Below, one piece after another: positions 52,384 to 62,790 of a stretch of DNA of 64,000 nucleotides. A program made the translations under genes and the position numbers. The DNA comes from an uncultured Chthonomonadaceae bacterium (GTDB lineage Bacteria; Armatimonadota; Chthonomonadetes; Chthonomonadales; Chthonomonadaceae): contig CAWIEK010000044.1 in the NCBI GenBank assembly GCA_963835065.1, forward strand, positions 256,001 through 320,000. Direction: 5' to 3'. The notes under the pieces are model-generated. The model was not told where the DNA came from and did no database searches. It was given only the letters and a program-made list of their open reading frames with translations. Within the stretch, counting starts at the first letter, position 1, and each line of letters opens with the position of its first letter.

Positions 52384-53688
52384 TTACGGCGACGCCGACT
52401 CCCCGTAAATCACTTCCGCAACCGTTTCGCCGACGATTTTCAGGGACGCGGCGGAGCATTTGTCGGGCGTGTCCTGCAGCGTGTGCCAGTACGGATAGTA
52501 ACTTGCGCCCGCAGGCGCGCTGTTGCCGAAGAAAGGGATCAGGTCAACGGTGCGGATGCCGGCTTTTATCAGGGCGAGATGGTCGTCATTGACGTTGAAG
52601 TTCAAATCCGAGCGGAACACATTGCTGTAACCGAGAACTTGCGCCGCCTGGTAGATTTTGGTCAGCGTACCTGGCGCGGCATTGAACGAGTTCTCTTCGC
52701 GGGGCAGCAGGATGTTTTTACCGCCCACCATGTCCAGCAGAATGCCGTAATCAGGGTAGCCGAAACGCTTGTCTTCCTGAAAGTGTTGGGCAAAGTAGCG
52801 CGAACCGAGTTCCACGCCTTCGCCTTCGCCATTATTCGCCAGAAAGTCGCCGTAATCCTCGCCATCGTCCAGAATCAGCAGGACGCCGACGGGCGGCTTC
52901 TTTTCCTTGAACATTTTTGCCAGTTGCAGCAAAATCGCCGCCCCGGACGCGCCATCATTGGCGGCGGGAATGGGATTGGTTCGGTTCCAGCCTTTCGGAC
53001 CGTAACGGTAAGCAGGCGCTTTGGCGGCTTCCGAAGAGTTCGGGCCGTCGGCTATCGGGCGCGAGTCCCAATGGGTAATCAGCAGTACGGGGTTTTGCGC
53101 GGGCGCAGTCGCTCCGGCGGGATAGATGATGCCGATAACGTTGGTAACGGGCAGGCCGCGATAGGAAAACGTCTGTGCCAGTGTCACGTCCGCGTACTTT
53201 TTCATCTCTTCCAGCAAAAATGTTTTGGCTTTTTCGTGCGGGTCGCTGCCCAAAGGACGCGGCCCAAAATCACACTGTTTTTTCAGCAGGGTATAGGCGG
53301 CATCGCCATCGAAGACAGGCCGCTTGCCCGCCGTGTTCCCTGTAGAGTCAGACGACCCGGAACCGCCCGCGGTTCCGTTTCCATTTCCCGTTGCGGAGGC
53401 AGGCGTAACGTTTGTGGGCGCGGAATTGGTGTTCGTTGCCGTGCCGCTTGTCCCGGCAGTATTGGCAGCCGTGCCCGAAGCAGAGGCAGACGCGGAAGTT
53501 ACTGTTGTTGCCGACGCATCGCCATGCTGGCAGCCGGCAAGCGACAGCAGGGGCAGGCAGGCCAATGCGCCCACCACGCTCCAATACGTTCGCCGCCCGT
53601 TCGTCCGGCCACATCCGGCGCGAACCGCGCGGCGAGTGGCGGCGCGGTTCGTTTGGTGGTTTTTAGCCTTACCTGGCGTTCGCAACAA
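52384..53688 (-). CDS. M28 family peptidase (glutaminyl cyclase-like) lipoprotein
   Basis: LAGC lipobox, S/T/G/N linker, FGPR, HWDSR, ANDGASG, DGEDYG, LDMVG, DDH, WHT.QD. Confidence 0.88.
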   Translation of the reverse strand: MLRTPGKAKNHQTNRAATRRAVRAGCGRTNGRRTYWSVVGALACLPLLSLAGCQHGDASATTVTSASASASGTAANTAGTSGTATNTNSAPTNVTPASATGNGNGTAGGSGSSDSTGNTAGKRPVFDGDAAYTLLKKQCDFGPRPLGSDPHEKAKTFLLEEMKKYADVTLAQTFSYRGLPVTNVIGIIYPAGATAPAQNPVLLITHWDSRPIADGPNSSEAAKAPAYRYGPKGWNRTNPIPAANDGASGAAILLQLAKMFKEKKPPVGVLLILDDGEDYGDFLANNGEGEGVELGSRYFAQHFQEDKRFGYPDYGILLDMVGGKNILLPREENSFNAAPGTLTKIYQAAQVLGYSNVFRSDLNFNVNDDHLALIKAGIRTVDLIPFFGNSAPAGASYYPYWHTLQDTPDKCSAASLKIVGETVAEVIYGESASP

Positions 53689-54343
53689 GTCGGTTTTCGC
53701 CTTTCGTAATCGTCTTGTGGTCGTTGAGGTAGCTCGTCAGCGCGGCTTCCAGCGTGACGTCCGTTGTCTTTTCAATGTCGCTTTTCTGCCAGAACTTGAA
53801 ATAGCCGTGTGAGCCGTTGGCAAGCGGCGCGGGCATCGCAACGCGGTACGTTTTTCCCGCTTCCAGCGCGCTCCCGCCGATTTTCACGCCCACAACCCGC
53901 TTATTGCCGGGCGCGGACGGATTGAACGTTACGGTCAACCCCGAAGTCTGCAGAAAGCCCACATTGCGACCGGGGTACTGGTACAGGCTTTGCTCCAAGG
54001 CCGCCCGTATCTGCGCCCCGGTCAATTTCACAATGGCAATCACATCGCCCTTGTATTCCAGCGTTTTCATTACGTCGGGCAGGCCAAAACCGCCATGCGC
54101 AACCGAAACCGGCGCCTCCGTAAAGGCGGACGCGGAAACAAAGGCAAGGTCAGTTTTCGCGGACGCGCGAACGGCATCCGCCACCAAATTTCCGAGCAGC
54201 ACTTGATTGCTGCCCACTTCCTTGTTGGTCAAGTCGGCTTCGGCATGGTACGCCTGCGCCCTTGCCGCGCCCCCCATGACCGCCAATAATCCCGCCACCG
54301 CCGCGCAAGCGGCCAGCGTTTTGTAAGTTCGTCGGGTGTTCAT
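53669..54343 (-). CDS. 5'-nucleotidase C-terminal-domain protein (exported)
   Basis: Signal peptide; LGNLVADAVR, LTGAQIRAALE, FLQTSGL, Y.VA...LANG..GY; no metallophosphatase domain. Confidence 0.8.
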   Translation of the reverse strand: MNTRRTYKTLAACAAVAGLLAVMGGAARAQAYHAEADLTNKEVGSNQVLLGNLVADAVRASAKTDLAFVSASAFTEAPVSVAHGGFGLPDVMKTLEYKGDVIAIVKLTGAQIRAALEQSLYQYPGRNVGFLQTSGLTVTFNPSAPGNKRVVGVKIGGSALEAGKTYRVAMPAPLANGSHGYFKFWQKSDIEKTTDVTLEAALTSYLNDHKTITKGENRLVANAR

Positions 54344-54357
54344 GTCGCTTCGCTCCG

Positions 54358-54478
54358 GGTGTTCAGGTGTTCAGGTGTTCAGGTGTTCAGGTAATTGCGT
54401 TTGCAGCGCCAAAGTAAACTTCGGTACTTTTATGTTCCCAAACACCTGAATACCCGAACACCTGAACACCTGAACACC
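54358..54478. repeat. Inverted pair of 8-mer arrays (GGTGTTCA / ACACCTGA)
   Basis: GGTGTTCA x4 at 54358-54389 with complementary copies at ~54441-54478, downstream of prfB. Confidence 0.75.
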
Positions 54479-55588
54479 TACTCCCTCCCCTGCTGCCACT
54501 GCAAATACGCCTGCAGGAACGGGTCAATGTTGCCGTTCATTACGCCGATTACGTCGCCGGTTTCCTGGCCTGTCCGGTGGTCTTTGACCATCGTGTAGGG
54601 CTGGAACACATACGAGCGATCCTGGCTGCCCCACTCATTGGCTTTGGATTCGCCGCGCATGGCGTTCATTTTCTCGTCGTTTTCGCGCCGCTCGCGTTCG
54701 AGTAAACGGGCTTGCAGCACGGACATGGCGAACGCTTTGTTTTTGTGCTGTGAGCGCTCGTTCTGGCACGTCACGACAAGGCCGGTCGGCAGGTGCGTGA
54801 TACGGACGGCGGAATCGGTCTTGTTGACGTGCTGGCCTCCCGCCCCGCTGGCGCGATAATAGTCAATTTGGAGATCATCGGGGTTGATGTCCACTTTGAT
54901 CTCCTCGCCAATATCGGGAAGAACGTCCACTTTGGCAAACGAGGTTTGCCGCCGTTTGGCCGCGTCGAACGGCGAGATTCGCACCAGCCGATGGACGCCC
55001 CGCTCCGCCTTCATGTATCCATACGTATTCTTGCCGTGAATGATAAACGTCGTATTGGTCAATCCGGCAATATCGGCTTCGCTTTCTTCCAAAATGTCCA
55101 CTTTGTAGCCGCGTAGTTCCGCCCATTTCAGGTACATGCGCTGAAGCATTGTGACCCAGTCGCAGGCGTCGGTTCCGCCCGCGCCCGCTTTGATTTCCAC
55201 AATCGCGTCCGCGCTGTCGTGTTCCCCCGAAAGCAGCGTTTCCAGTTCCAGACGTTCCAGTTCGGCGGCGAGGGCAGTGGCTTCCCGATCCTGCTCGGCA
55301 AGGGTTTCCGGGTCGTCTACGCCTTCTTCGGACAACAGTTCGCACATGGCTTCCAGATCGTCTGCCCGCGCCTGCGCCGCCCGAAGGGGAGCCAGTTTTT
55401 CTTTAATCTGGCTCAGCCGCTGGAGTAATTCCTGCGCCTGCGCGGGATCGTTCCACAAGTCCGGCTGCGCCGCTTTGGTTTCTAAATCGTTGATTTCCTG
55501 CTGGCGATTGGCCTGGTCAAAGATGGCCTCCCAGCTCGTCCAGCCGGGCGCGCAATTCGCGCGCCCGCGCCTTTATCTCTTCGAGCAT
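54478..55588 (-). CDS. prfB: Peptide chain release factor 2 with programmed +1 frameshift
   Basis: SPF and GGQ motifs; a 23-codon first frame ends GGGAGG-CCAT-CTT-TGA-C (CTTTGAC at 55522-55516), the canonical RF2 shift site. Confidence 0.96.
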
Positions 55589-55842
55589 GTTTCAGATTCT
55601 CCCTCTGTTGCTTCCGCCTTCATTTTGGGCGCAAAGATGGTTTTGTTCTTATATTTGTCCTATGTTCAGTATACTGCCGCGCCCCTGCCTTGTCAAGCAT
55701 ACCGCCCTTGCATCAGGGCCTCTATAGACGATACGACGCGGCAGGGATACACAACGCCGATCCACACCCCAACTACAAGTGATTTTTTAGCGGCCTTGCG
55801 CGTAACAACATTGAAATTTGGATTTAAAAGGGAGAACGAAGA

Positions 55843-57180
55843 ATGCCCGAAGGCTTTCTGGATATAATTAAGCGGGTGCGCGGCGAGGGGAATTACGCTG
55901 GGGATGAGTTCGGCGGCGCGATGGGCAAGGACGGAAGTGGCCTGCCGGACGGCGACGCGCGGAAGTTCCTGTTTGCAACCGGTATCGAGTGTTCCTATCC
56001 GACCATTGACAACGGACGTACTCGGCGCGACCTGCTGGAAGAGTGCGGGCATTACAAGCATTGGCGCGAAGACCTACGGCTTGTAAAAGAACTCGGCTTG
56101 AAGGCGCTGCGCTACGGCCTGCCCTACCACAAAACCCATTTAGGCGCGGGCAGGTACGATTGGGAATTCGCGGATCTGGTGATGGCGGAAATGAAGAAGT
56201 TGGAAATCACGCCCATTCTGGACCTGCTGCACTTCGGGCTGCCCGATTGGCTGGGCAATTTCCAGAACCCGGAATTTCCCGTCCACTTCGCCGATTACGC
56301 GGAAGCCGTTTCCAGGCGCTACCCCTGGGTGCGCTACTACACGCCCGTCAATGAAATCTACGTTACGGCCCGCATCAGCGCCAAAGACGGCATTTGGAAC
56401 GAGCAACTGAAATCGGACAGGGCGTTTGTCACCGCCATGAAGCACCTGGTTGCGGCCAGCACGCTCGCCACACACGGCATCGCCCGCCATCGGCCCGACT
56501 GCGTGATTGTACAATCCGAAAGCGCGGAATATACGCATGAAGCCTGCGCCCTGCCGTCACCGCAGGTTCGGCTGAACAACAAACTGCGCCTGCTGTCGCT
56601 GGATTTGCTGTATGCCTGCCCGCCCGACGCTGAAGTATGTATGTACCTGCTCGATAACGGCATGACGCGGGAAGAATACGATTGGAAAATGCGCGGCGAG
56701 CCGCCCGGCTATCAGGTTATGGGCAACGATTACTACGGGCGCAACGAGCATATCCTGCTGCCGGATGGCAAAATGTGCGAGGCCGAAGATGTAATGGGCT
56801 GGTATCAAATCACCAAAATGTACTACGAGCGCTACCGAAAGCCCGTGATGCACACGGAAACCAATGTCTTCGACGCGGACGCGGCTCCCACTTGGCTGTG
56901 GAAGCAATGGATCAACATCCTGCGGCTGCGCAAGGACGGCGTTCCCGTCCTGGGCTTTACCTGGTACAGCCTGACCGATCAGGTAGATTGGGACATTCAG
57001 CTAGGGGAAAAGAAGGGCAGGGTCAATGCCTGCGGCTTATACGACCTGGACCGCAAGCCCCGTCCCGTTGCCGCCGCGTACCATTCGCTCCTGCAGGAAT
57101 TCGGGCAGATAACCATTGTGCCGCATGGCGAACTGTTTGAAGTAACCGATCAGCCGGCCATGCTGAAAGTGGAAGTGTGA
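55843..57180 (+). CDS. Glycoside hydrolase family 1-like protein
   Basis: FATGIECS, LRYG, DLLHFG.PDW, TPVNE (acid/base), HTETN (nucleophile), GFTWYSL.DQ.DW. Confidence 0.85.
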   Translation: MPEGFLDIIKRVRGEGNYAGDEFGGAMGKDGSGLPDGDARKFLFATGIECSYPTIDNGRTRRDLLEECGHYKHWREDLRLVKELGLKALRYGLPYHKTHLGAGRYDWEFADLVMAEMKKLEITPILDLLHFGLPDWLGNFQNPEFPVHFADYAEAVSRRYPWVRYYTPVNEIYVTARISAKDGIWNEQLKSDRAFVTAMKHLVAASTLATHGIARHRPDCVIVQSESAEYTHEACALPSPQVRLNNKLRLLSLDLLYACPPDAEVCMYLLDNGMTREEYDWKMRGEPPGYQVMGNDYYGRNEHILLPDGKMCEAEDVMGWYQITKMYYERYRKPVMHTETNVFDADAAPTWLWKQWINILRLRKDGVPVLGFTWYSLTDQVDWDIQLGEKKGRVNACGLYDLDRKPRPVAAAYHSLLQEFGQITIVPHGELFEVTDQPAMLKVEV

Positions 57181-57683
57181 ACGTTTATCTTATAGTTAAG
57201 TGTAAACCTTACACTAATTACATACGCTATTTTGGGGAACTTCCTTCCTTGCTCGTTCGTCTTTTGTGCAAATGCGGAAAATTACCTCTAGGTTATAATG
57301 AGCTACCTATCCCCTTTCGATAGCGCGCGTTTCGCTCCCACGACCTGCGCGTTTGTCGAGCGCACCGCCCCGGTGTACCACCCACTTGTTGGCATGCTCT
57401 GAATTGGCTCATGTTCGCTGCTTCATACTGACAGGTCTTGACACAGGCCGACAAGAACCGTTTTCTCCCCTTGGCGTGGGGAAGCGTTATTGTCTGTTGC
57501 CGTTGTGTATTCAAGCCGGATGTGTTACAGTCGGTCTTTTCGTCGTACAGCCTGACTGCCATCCTCTGCCTTGCGCCTGCCTGGTTTTCTCAGGCGGTTG
57601 GCTGCGCTGTCGCCCCCGGCGCTTCCAAATGCAGCAGACAGTATCTCAGACACGCCTATTTTTACCTCATGGAGATAAGAGCA

Positions 57684-59159
57684 ATGAAGAGTTTCGACCT
57701 GGTCGTCGCCTCCCATCTTCGCTGGAGCTTTGTGTGGCAGCGCCCGCAACAGCTGCTTTCCCGCCTTGCCAAGCAGCATCGCGTCTTGTTTGTGGAAGAG
57801 CCGGTACACGCCCCCGATGACGCGCAGCCGCTTTCCGCCCTTGTCAGCGAACCGACGCCCGGCATTACGGTTCTGGTTCCGCAGGTGCGCGCGTCCGAAT
57901 GTGGCGACACCCCGCTGTGGCTGTGGCCGTGCCGCGATGAGATTACCCGGCAGGTGCGCGAAGTGATGCGCAATATGGAGTTCCGCAGCCGCGCCCTGTG
58001 GCTGTACACGCCCACGCCCGATTTCATGGTGGAAGCCGTTTCGCCGGATATGCTGGTCTACGACGTGATGGACGAACTTGCCAATTTCGCCTTTGCGCCC
58101 CCGCAGTTGAAAGCCAACGAAAAGCGGCTGCTCGGCCAGTCCGCAGTGGTGTTCACGGGCGGCGCGTCCATGTACGAGTCCAAGAAGCACCTCAATCCGA
58201 ACACCCATTTGTTCGCCAGCGGCGTGGACGGAAAGCACTACGCGACCGCCTGCGACCCGGCGACAACCACGCCCGACTGGATGCTGACTCTTCCCGATGG
58301 CCCCCGCGCCACCTACATCGGCGTGATTGACGAGCGCCTGGATTACGATTTGATTGCGCAAATGGCCGCAGCCCGCCCCGACGTGCAGTTCCTGATATGC
58401 GGGCCGTTCGCCAAAGTGGACCCCGCGCAGTTGCCTCAGGCCCCGAACCTGCACTATCCCGGCCAGCAGCAGTACGCCGACCTGCCGCGCATTCTGAAAG
58501 GCACGGACATTTGCCTGATGCCCTTTGCCATGAACGAGGCGACCAAGTTTATCAGCCCGACCAAAACGCTGGAATACATGGCGACGCATCGCCCGATTGT
58601 GTCCACGCCGATTGTGGATGTGGTTCGCTTTTATAGCGATATTGTCTACCTTGCCGATACGCCCGAACAGTTTATCGCGCATATCGCTGCTGCGCTCAAC
58701 GAGGCTGCGGAAGACCGCGCGCGCAAGCGCAAGCGCGAGGAAAAAATACTCGCCGAACAAGCCTGGGACGCCATTGCCGACAACATGGAAACCCTGATGC
58801 AGCGCGAATGGGCCAAAACGACGGCAGGCAAGGGTCAGGTCACGACCCGGCGCGCGCCCGTATCCGTTCCGAGCGTTTCGCCCGCGAGTTCAGCCACTGT
58901 CGGCGCAATGCCTGCAGGTTCCAAAGCCGCACATTCCGCGCCTGCGGCTTCAACAGCAATCGGCATGACGGCAGCGGCCACTTCCGGTTCTGCGGCGGCA
59001 AAGCCTTCCGCGAATATGCCGTCCGTTTCGGCTTCCGGCTCTGCGGTATCGGCTTCCGCGCCTGCCGCATCGGGCGCTTCCATTACGGCCAACTCAGCCG
59101 CTTCCGCCCCTTCCGCTTACGGAAGCACGGGCAGCGCGATACGACGGGGAGAAAAATAG
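57684..59159 (+). CDS. GT-B glycosyltransferase with Ala/Ser-rich tail
   Basis: SHLRW.FVWQRPQ, YDVMDEL, GVIDERLD, ISPTK.LEYMA..RPIVST. Confidence 0.88.
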   Translation: MKSFDLVVASHLRWSFVWQRPQQLLSRLAKQHRVLFVEEPVHAPDDAQPLSALVSEPTPGITVLVPQVRASECGDTPLWLWPCRDEITRQVREVMRNMEFRSRALWLYTPTPDFMVEAVSPDMLVYDVMDELANFAFAPPQLKANEKRLLGQSAVVFTGGASMYESKKHLNPNTHLFASGVDGKHYATACDPATTTPDWMLTLPDGPRATYIGVIDERLDYDLIAQMAAARPDVQFLICGPFAKVDPAQLPQAPNLHYPGQQQYADLPRILKGTDICLMPFAMNEATKFISPTKTLEYMATHRPIVSTPIVDVVRFYSDIVYLADTPEQFIAHIAAALNEAAEDRARKRKREEKILAEQAWDAIADNMETLMQREWAKTTAGKGQVTTRRAPVSVPSVSPASSATVGAMPAGSKAAHSAPAASTAIGMTAAATSGSAAAKPSANMPSVSASGSAVSASAPAASGASITANSAASAPSAYGSTGSAIRRGEK

Positions 59160-59162
59160 ATC

Positions 59163-60584
59163 ATGTTGGGACAGCTTCAACCCGATCAGCGCGTGGTAAT
59201 TTTAGGCAGCGGGCCGACCGGCCTGGGAGCCGCGTACCGCCTGAAAGAACTCGGCCATGACAACTTTCAGATTTATGACCGCGATACGCAGGTCGGCGGA
59301 CTCGCCACGTCCTACACGGACGCGCAGGGCTTTGTGTGGGACATCGGCGGGCATGTGCAGTTTTCGCACTACCGCTACTTCGACAAGCTGATGGACGCGG
59401 CGGTTACGCCGCCCAAAGGTCCCGGCTGGCTCGACCACGAGCGCGAGTCGTGGGTGTGGATTGAGAACCGTTTCGTGCCGTACCCGTTCCAGAACAACAT
59501 CCGCTACCTGGAACCGGAAACGCGCTGGAAATGCCTGCAAGGGCTGATTCACCTGTACAAACAGCCGTTTCAGGGCAAGCCCAAAAACTTCCGCGAGTGG
59601 ATAGACGCAACGTTCGGGCCGGGATTGGGCGAAGTGTTTATGATCCCGTACAACTTCAAGGTATGGGCGTTTCCGGGCGAGGATATGGACTTCAACTGGA
59701 TCGGCGAGCGTGTGGCCGTGACCGATCTGGAAAAAGTGCTGTACAACGTGCTGCACGAAAAAGATGATCTGTCGTGGGGGCCGAACAACACTTTTCGGTT
59801 CCCCAAGCACGGCGGCACGGGCGCAATCTGGGAAAACGTGGCGGATCTGGTAGGGCGCGATAAAATCACGCTCAACGCAACGGTCAACAGCATAGACCCG
59901 TCCGCGAAAAAGGTGTTCTTTGCGGACGGCAAGGAAGTGGAATACGATGTACTAATTTCCACCCTGCCCATTGACCGCCTGGTGGAGATGGCCGAACTGA
60001 ACCATCTGAAAGAACCCGCGTCGCACCTGAAGTACAGCAGCAGCAACATTATCGGCATCGGACTGAGCGGCAAGCCGCCCGCCGACCTGAAGAAAAAGTG
60101 CTGGATGTATTTCCCGGAAGACGATTGCCCGTTTTACCGAGTGACCGTGTTCAGCAATTACAGCCCGAACAACGTGCCTGACATCAACACGCAATGGAGC
60201 CTGATGGCCGAAATCAGCGAGTTGCCCGCCAAGCCCGTCAATGTGGATTGCGTCGTGGAAAATACCATTGATGGTATGCGGAACACGAAACTGATTGACA
60301 AAAGCCATGACGTGCTTTCCACATGGAGCTACCGCGCCCACTACGGCTATCCGACGCCGGCACTGGGCCGCGACCATGCGCTCAACGCCATACAGCCGCA
60401 GTTGGAAAAACTCGGCATCTACTCGCGGGGGCGTTTCGGCGGCTGGAAGTACGAAGTAAGCAATCAGGATCACAGCCTGATGCAGGGCGTGGAACTCGTG
60501 GACAAGCTGAAATTAGGCGTACCGGAAATCACCTACTGGTTCCCCAACACCGCCAACAACATGGGCTACGCCAAAAACCGCTAA
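59163..60584 (+). CDS. glf: Flavoenzyme, UDP-galactopyranose mutase-like
   Basis: GSGPTG Rossmann motif, DIGGHV, VPYPFQNN, WGPNNTFRFP, FYRVT.FSNYS, RGRFGGWKYEVSNQDHS; GH1/GT context. Confidence 0.75.
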   Translation: MLGQLQPDQRVVILGSGPTGLGAAYRLKELGHDNFQIYDRDTQVGGLATSYTDAQGFVWDIGGHVQFSHYRYFDKLMDAAVTPPKGPGWLDHERESWVWIENRFVPYPFQNNIRYLEPETRWKCLQGLIHLYKQPFQGKPKNFREWIDATFGPGLGEVFMIPYNFKVWAFPGEDMDFNWIGERVAVTDLEKVLYNVLHEKDDLSWGPNNTFRFPKHGGTGAIWENVADLVGRDKITLNATVNSIDPSAKKVFFADGKEVEYDVLISTLPIDRLVEMAELNHLKEPASHLKYSSSNIIGIGLSGKPPADLKKKCWMYFPEDDCPFYRVTVFSNYSPNNVPDINTQWSLMAEISELPAKPVNVDCVVENTIDGMRNTKLIDKSHDVLSTWSYRAHYGYPTPALGRDHALNAIQPQLEKLGIYSRGRFGGWKYEVSNQDHSLMQGVELVDKLKLGVPEITYWFPNTANNMGYAKNR

Positions 60585-60610
60585 ACAATCGAATAGGGGC
60601 ATAATACAGA

Positions 60611-60640
60611 GCGGGCGGCACATAAAAATGTGCCGCCTGC
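60611..60640. terminator. Hairpin between convergent genes
   Basis: GCGGGCGGCACAT-AAAA-ATGTGCCGCCTGC. Confidence 0.65.
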
Positions 60641-60677
60641 ATGTTATCATGTTCAGAAGATTTCTTTTGGAGGAAGG

Positions 60678-61580
60678 CTACTGCGAGCCAGCATTAACCA
60701 GCCATACTTCCAAATCAGCAATTGACGTGAAATCAAACAACGCTTCGCCAAGTTCGTCAAGTTTATCCGATGACAGTTGACCAAGACGCTCGGTAGTTTC
60801 GGAAGGGATGGAACCAAACCGCCGTCGTACCTGACGGCTGACAAGTTCCTGTTTTCCTTTATGCATTCCAGTGCGTTCCCAACTCGTAATCATGACCATT
60901 GTGGCCTCCTTTTCTTCGGGCGCGAGGGCGGCGAATTCGCGCTCGTACTTCTTCATTTCCGCTGTCGTCAGTCTCAGATAGCCGTCAATGAACCCGCCGA
61001 TGAGTTTCGATTGGGCCGGGTCTAATTTCAGCGTCGTCAGTAGGCGCAGACATTCCAGCCTTACTTTGGGCCTGTCGGCTGCCGACATTTTCATCTTGGT
61101 CATCAGCGCGGTTGCCGCCGGATTGGGGCGTTTCAGAAACTGACGCCACGGAATCCGGTTTAGCTGAATCACCTTGTAATCGAATTGTAACACATTTCTG
61201 CCGGGAAAGGACACGGCGAAGCGCGTCGGTTCCGCGCGTTGCGGCTTGTCGTAAGAGAAAATAACGACGGGATAGATGGGCAGGTCGTACTTTTCCAGCA
61301 ACCGGGAAAAATAGACGAACATGCGCTTTGGAAAACCGGGCTTTGCGCTTGCCTGATTTTCTACATGGATCAGGAAAAACGTGTCCTGTCCGCGAAAACG
61401 CGCTTTTACCAGAACATCTACCTCGTGCTTTTCGCCTGCCGTGACATCCGTAAACACCTCGTTGTTGATAAACTCAAAGGACGTAGGATCGAGGTAGGCT
61501 GCCACATCCGGCAAAAAGGCTTCGACAAACTCCATGAAGAAGTTCGTCAGCAATTCTTTGAACATGCGGTCGTGATCCAT
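60678..61580 (-). CDS. Rpn-like PD-(D/E)XK protein with C-terminal DUF4351
   Basis: MDHDRMFKELL..FF.EF, DVLVKARF, IHVENQ, RMFVYF, LDELGEALFDF.S..DL..WL. Confidence 0.85.
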   Translation of the reverse strand: MDHDRMFKELLTNFFMEFVEAFLPDVAAYLDPTSFEFINNEVFTDVTAGEKHEVDVLVKARFRGQDTFFLIHVENQASAKPGFPKRMFVYFSRLLEKYDLPIYPVVIFSYDKPQRAEPTRFAVSFPGRNVLQFDYKVIQLNRIPWRQFLKRPNPAATALMTKMKMSAADRPKVRLECLRLLTTLKLDPAQSKLIGGFIDGYLRLTTAEMKKYEREFAALAPEEKEATMVMITSWERTGMHKGKQELVSRQVRRRFGSIPSETTERLGQLSSDKLDELGEALFDFTSIADLEVWLVNAGSQ

Positions 61581-61709
61581 AATACTGTTAGTGTACCCTC
61601 TATTTCTTGGCTCCTCTCCGTCAGCAAAAATCAGTACAGCCGTAAGGAAATAAGTGAGCGGCACATCAACAGCGCCGCTCACTTATTTCGTGTACACACT
61701 GTTCTCTTA

Positions 61710-62702
61710 TCAGGAATTTTGCCACAGGAGAAGCCCTAGAAACAGCAGTCCGACAACTAATGTACCGGCAATCGAGCCTACGGGCTTAAGCCAGTTCCGG
61801 CGACACTGCTGCATGACAAGTTGGCGCGTTGCAGCAGATAACCGGCGGTATTCAGGCTGAAACAGAAACAACAGCATCGGAACCTGATAAGCCAGAACCG
61901 CCGTAAGCAGTAGGGCGGAGGCCGCGCTCACGAGCAGAGCCGTTATTGCGCCCAACATCCACTGGCGCAGCAACACTGCCACAACAAACATGCCGATGTA
62001 AATAGCGTTTGTGGGTATTTGCTGCAATCCGATTTGCAGGCATTGATTTTGGAAGGCCGTTCGCGCCCTGCTGTTGGTTGGGTTCAGCCGCAAAGCGGAT
62101 ACGTAAGCCTCCATCGCTTTCCAGTGCCGCTGCTGCTGCGAAAGCGCTTCACCAAGCCAGAAATGCGCTTTATCACAATCCGCCGAAATTTGCAGCGCAA
62201 CGCGGGCGTGATGCTCAACATTTACCCATTGCTGTTGGCGCATAGACACGTCTGCCAGCAACAGGTGTGTCTTCAGGTTTTCAGGAGCCACTTGCGCCAT
62301 GCGCAGCCCAATAGCCTCTGCCTCATCTATTTGTTTGCAGGCCAGCAACGCATATCCTAACGTTGCCAGGACAAATGGATGCTGAGGTTTGTATCGCGCC
62401 GCGTCATAAGCCGCCGCCAGCGCTTCCTCATTTCGTCCCAATCCGCGTAAACTCGTACTCCGCAGCCGATGCGCCCAATCTGAGATCGGGTTTGTGGACA
62501 ATGCTTTCTCTGCTGCCGCTAAAGATTCTTCCCATTCGCCCATATCTGAGTATGCAAGCGACAGATGGCAAAGCAAGTCTGCATCGAACGGCGCAGTTGC
62601 CAAAGCGCGTTGCAGCAGAGGAAGCGCCTCGCGCGTCCGGCCTACATCCCGAAGAACGCGCGCTTGCTGAACTAAGTTTTCCACTTCCGGCGAATGTTTC
62701 AT
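61710..62702 (-). CDS. TPR protein with C-terminal TM helices
   Basis: Multiple TPR-like repeats (AL...P.) followed by hydrophobic segments; downstream of the AAA ATPase. Confidence 0.8.
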   Translation of the reverse strand: MKHSPEVENLVQQARVLRDVGRTREALPLLQRALATAPFDADLLCHLSLAYSDMGEWEESLAAAEKALSTNPISDWAHRLRSTSLRGLGRNEEALAAAYDAARYKPQHPFVLATLGYALLACKQIDEAEAIGLRMAQVAPENLKTHLLLADVSMRQQQWVNVEHHARVALQISADCDKAHFWLGEALSQQQRHWKAMEAYVSALRLNPTNSRARTAFQNQCLQIGLQQIPTNAIYIGMFVVAVLLRQWMLGAITALLVSAASALLLTAVLAYQVPMLLFLFQPEYRRLSAATRQLVMQQCRRNWLKPVGSIAGTLVVGLLFLGLLLWQNS

Positions 62703-62790
62703 CTTACGGTTTCTTATCTTCTGTTGCGTCTGAAGTCAGCCGTTTATTTGCGTTCATTCGCGTTCATTCGCGGCTAATTTCCCCTGAACT

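Noticed and set aside
60678..61580. Rpn-like gene as an IS element
   Set aside because: No terminal inverted repeats or target duplications; the family is not a demonstrated autonomous transposase.
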